A program made the translations under genes and the position numbers. A DNA stretch of 35,500 bases from Chloroflexota bacterium (GTDB lineage Bacteria > Bacteroidota > Bacteroidia > Bacteroidales > VadinHA17): the NCBI GenBank assembly GCA_050259395.1, contig JBLNAO010000102.1, forward strand, positions 1 to 35,500, read 5' to 3'. Every line of letters begins with the position of its first letter. Position 1 is the first letter of the stretch. Under the pieces are notes generated by a model. It saw only the letters and a list, made by a program, of their open reading frames with translations. It made no database searches and had not been told where the DNA came from. Shown here piece by piece: positions 33,721 to 35,500 of the stretch.

Positions 33721-35235
33721 ATGAAAATTTTCAGCTGCGACCAGATCAGGGAGATCGACTCCTATACAATCATCCATGAACCTATTGCTTCCATTGATCT
33801 GATGGAAAGAGCTGCAGGGCGGTTGTTTGGCTGGATCAGTGAAGAATTCAGTCATTCAGACCATTTCATGATCTTTACCGGACCCGGTAATAACGGAGGC
33901 GACGGGCTGGCACTGGCGAGAATGCTTGGGAAAAACGGATACCAGGCAGAGGTATTTCATGTAAGTTTCACTGAAAAAACATCAAAGGATTGGGAGATCA
34001 ACAGGAAACGTCTTGAAGATGTGCCTTCAGTTAAGTTCAGTGTTATAAATAACGCGGGTCAGATACCCCTGATATCAAGCGATGATATTGTAGTTGATTC
34101 AATCTTTGGCTCAGGTCTCAATCGTCCTGCCGATGGTCTTGCCCGTGAGATAATACAACTCATAAACCAGACTGATGCCGTCAGGGTATCAGTTGACATG
34201 CCTTCGGGACTGTTTTGCGAAGACAACGGATGCAACGATCCTGAAGCAATAATACATGCTGATTTCACTCTTTGTTTTCAGTTCCCTAAGCTTGCATTCC
34301 TGTTTCCGGAAAATATGCAATTCGCAGGAATCTGGAAAATTCTGCCAATAGGCCTTCATGAAAAAGCGATAGCAACTGGTGTTACTCCCTATCATCTGCT
34401 GTCTAATGAGGATTTGGCGCTTATACTTAAAATACGGACGAAATTTGACCATAAGGGCAATTTCGGGCATGGGTTACTTGTTGCAGGTTCCTATGGCAAG
34501 ATGGGCGCTGCAGTGCTTGGAGCAAGTGCGGCTTTACGGGCCGGCATAGGCCTTATCACATGCCAAATTCCTTCATGCGGCTATGAGATCATACAGTCAT
34601 CTCTTCCTGAAGCAATGGTAAAAACTGATGCAGCGGAAGAGTTTATTACATCTGTAGGAGATACAGGGAACTATAGTGCAATCGGAATCGGGCCGGGAAT
34701 AGGAACTGCGAAAGAAACACAATCGGCATTAAGGAACCTTCTTGCAGGTTTAAACAAACCACTCGTACTCGATGCTGATGCACTGAATATTCTTTCAATG
34801 AACAAGGAATGGCTGGAACTGATTCCACGCGGGACAATCCTCACTCCGCATCCTAAGGAATTCAGCAGGATCGCAGGTGAAACGGCAGACAGTTACCAGC
34901 GTCTGCAGCGACAAAAAGAATTTTCTCAAAAATATGGTTGCATAATAGTTCTGAAGGGAGCCCACACCTCAATTACATTCCCCGATGGCAATGTTTATTT
35001 CAATAGTACGGGAAACCCAGGTATGGCTACAGCAGGAAGCGGCGATGTGCTCACAGGGATACTGGTATCACTGCTTTCCCAGGGCTATTCACCTGAAAAC
35101 GCCGCTGTTCTGGGCGTTTACCTTCATGGTCTTGCCGGTGATATAGCAGCAGAAGGTTTATCTTTCGAGGCAATTATTGCCTCAGATATAATTAACTGTA
35201 TAGGAAAGGCGTTTAACAGAATCAGAGGATTTTGA
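33721..35235 (+). CDS. nnr: bifunctional NAD(P)H-hydrate epimerase / ADP-dependent NAD(P)H-hydrate dehydratase
   Basis: A 504-aa ORF. The YjeF_N half contains GPGNNGGDGLALAR...DSIFGSGLNRP. The carbohydrate-kinase-like C-half contains HKGNFGHGLLVAGSYGKMGAAVLGASAALRAG...LDADALN...TPHPKEF...GNPGMATAGSGDVLTG. Confidence 0.9.
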   Translation: MKIFSCDQIREIDSYTIIHEPIASIDLMERAAGRLFGWISEEFSHSDHFMIFTGPGNNGGDGLALARMLGKNGYQAEVFHVSFTEKTSKDWEINRKRLEDVPSVKFSVINNAGQIPLISSDDIVVDSIFGSGLNRPADGLAREIIQLINQTDAVRVSVDMPSGLFCEDNGCNDPEAIIHADFTLCFQFPKLAFLFPENMQFAGIWKILPIGLHEKAIATGVTPYHLLSNEDLALILKIRTKFDHKGNFGHGLLVAGSYGKMGAAVLGASAALRAGIGLITCQIPSCGYEIIQSSLPEAMVKTDAAEEFITSVGDTGNYSAIGIGPGIGTAKETQSALRNLLAGLNKPLVLDADALNILSMNKEWLELIPRGTILTPHPKEFSRIAGETADSYQRLQRQKEFSQKYGCIIVLKGAHTSITFPDGNVYFNSTGNPGMATAGSGDVLTGILVSLLSQGYSPENAAVLGVYLHGLAGDIAAEGLSFEAIIASDIINCIGKAFNRIRGF

Positions 35236-35264
35236 TACGATTATTCATTAAATAAAATCAGGTT

Positions 35265-35500
35265 ATGAAGAATTTAAAATGGTTCACGGCATTATTGGTT
35301 ATATCTTCAGCGCTTTCTTCGTGCTACTCAGGGCGGAAAGCAATGGAATCTGATGCCGTTGTTTCCCCTCTTTCACAGAAGACGGCAGTCACTGACGGAA
35401 GCATTATATACGCGTTGCCCAGGACAGTTTTCAACATCGTCGTTGAAACGGAAAGAACCATTGAGAAACCCGGTCCTTACTGGCGTTATGCGGGTGATCT
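35265..35500 (+). CDS. lipoprotein of unknown function, N-terminal fragment (runs off the window)
   Basis: From the ATG at 35265 the frame stays open to the window end. It translates to MKNLKWFTALLVISSALSSCYSGRK..., a signal peptide plus lipobox. It is absent from the ORF track because no stop is reached. Confidence 0.5.
   Translation, partial: MKNLKWFTALLVISSALSSCYSGRKAMESDAVVSPLSQKTAVTDGSIIYALPRTVFNIVVETERTIEKPGPYWRYAGD

Noticed and set aside
1-35500. A search for CRISPR arrays, tRNA/rRNA genes, IS elements/transposases, integrases, toxin-antitoxin pairs and defence-system hallmarks.
   Set aside because: I saw no direct-repeat/spacer periodicity, no cloverleaf-capable GC-rich intergenic segment, no DDE/tyrosine-recombinase-like ORF and no terminal inverted repeats. 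All intergenic gaps are under 400 bp and AT-rich.

Overview
This is a Bacteroidota-type chromosomal segment. The evidence is a SusC/SusD pair, a T9SS C-terminal sorting domain, many lipoprotein signals, TAnnTTTG-like promoter boxes and almost no Shine-Dalgarno sequences. I support about 24 protein genes plus a few hairpins and operator-like palindromes. By eye I found no rRNA, tRNA, CRISPR array, IS element or integrase.

Layout:
(1) 1-1381: the 3' end of nagB and an overlapping PfkB-type kinase.
(2) 1323-13448, minus strand: susC-susD, a hairpin, a 1105-aa FG-GAP/VCBS+UnbV/ASPIC lipoprotein, a 204-aa lipoprotein and a 1120-aa paralog. This is a PUL-like locus with no recognisable glycoside hydrolase, lyase or regulator.
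(3) 13837-17167: DUF1080, a Tat-exported Gfo/Idh/MocA oxidoreductase and a second DUF1080.
(4) 17211-21588: an HD hydrolase and a 1261-aa C25 (gingipain-family) peptidase with a T9SS tail.
(5) 21747-27154: a convergent redox island. It holds a secreted MBL-fold protein, a Tat-exported aldo/keto reductase with two ferredoxin-type Cys motifs, a secreted unknown, a Tat-exported unknown and a membrane-anchored NapC/NirT-like cytochrome with 6 CXXCH plus 1 CX3CH motifs.
(6) 27244-31633: a thrA-thrC-thrH operon in which ThrH sits where a homoserine kinase would be expected.
(7) A POT peptide transporter, nnr, and the start of a lipoprotein gene.

The best candidates for undescribed biology are the cytochrome/Tat-protein redox island and the CAZyme-free SusCD + twin beta-propeller locus with its flanking oxidative (DUF1080/Gfo) module. 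All family assignments come from motif recognition by eye. No database search, GC calculation or identity calculation was run.
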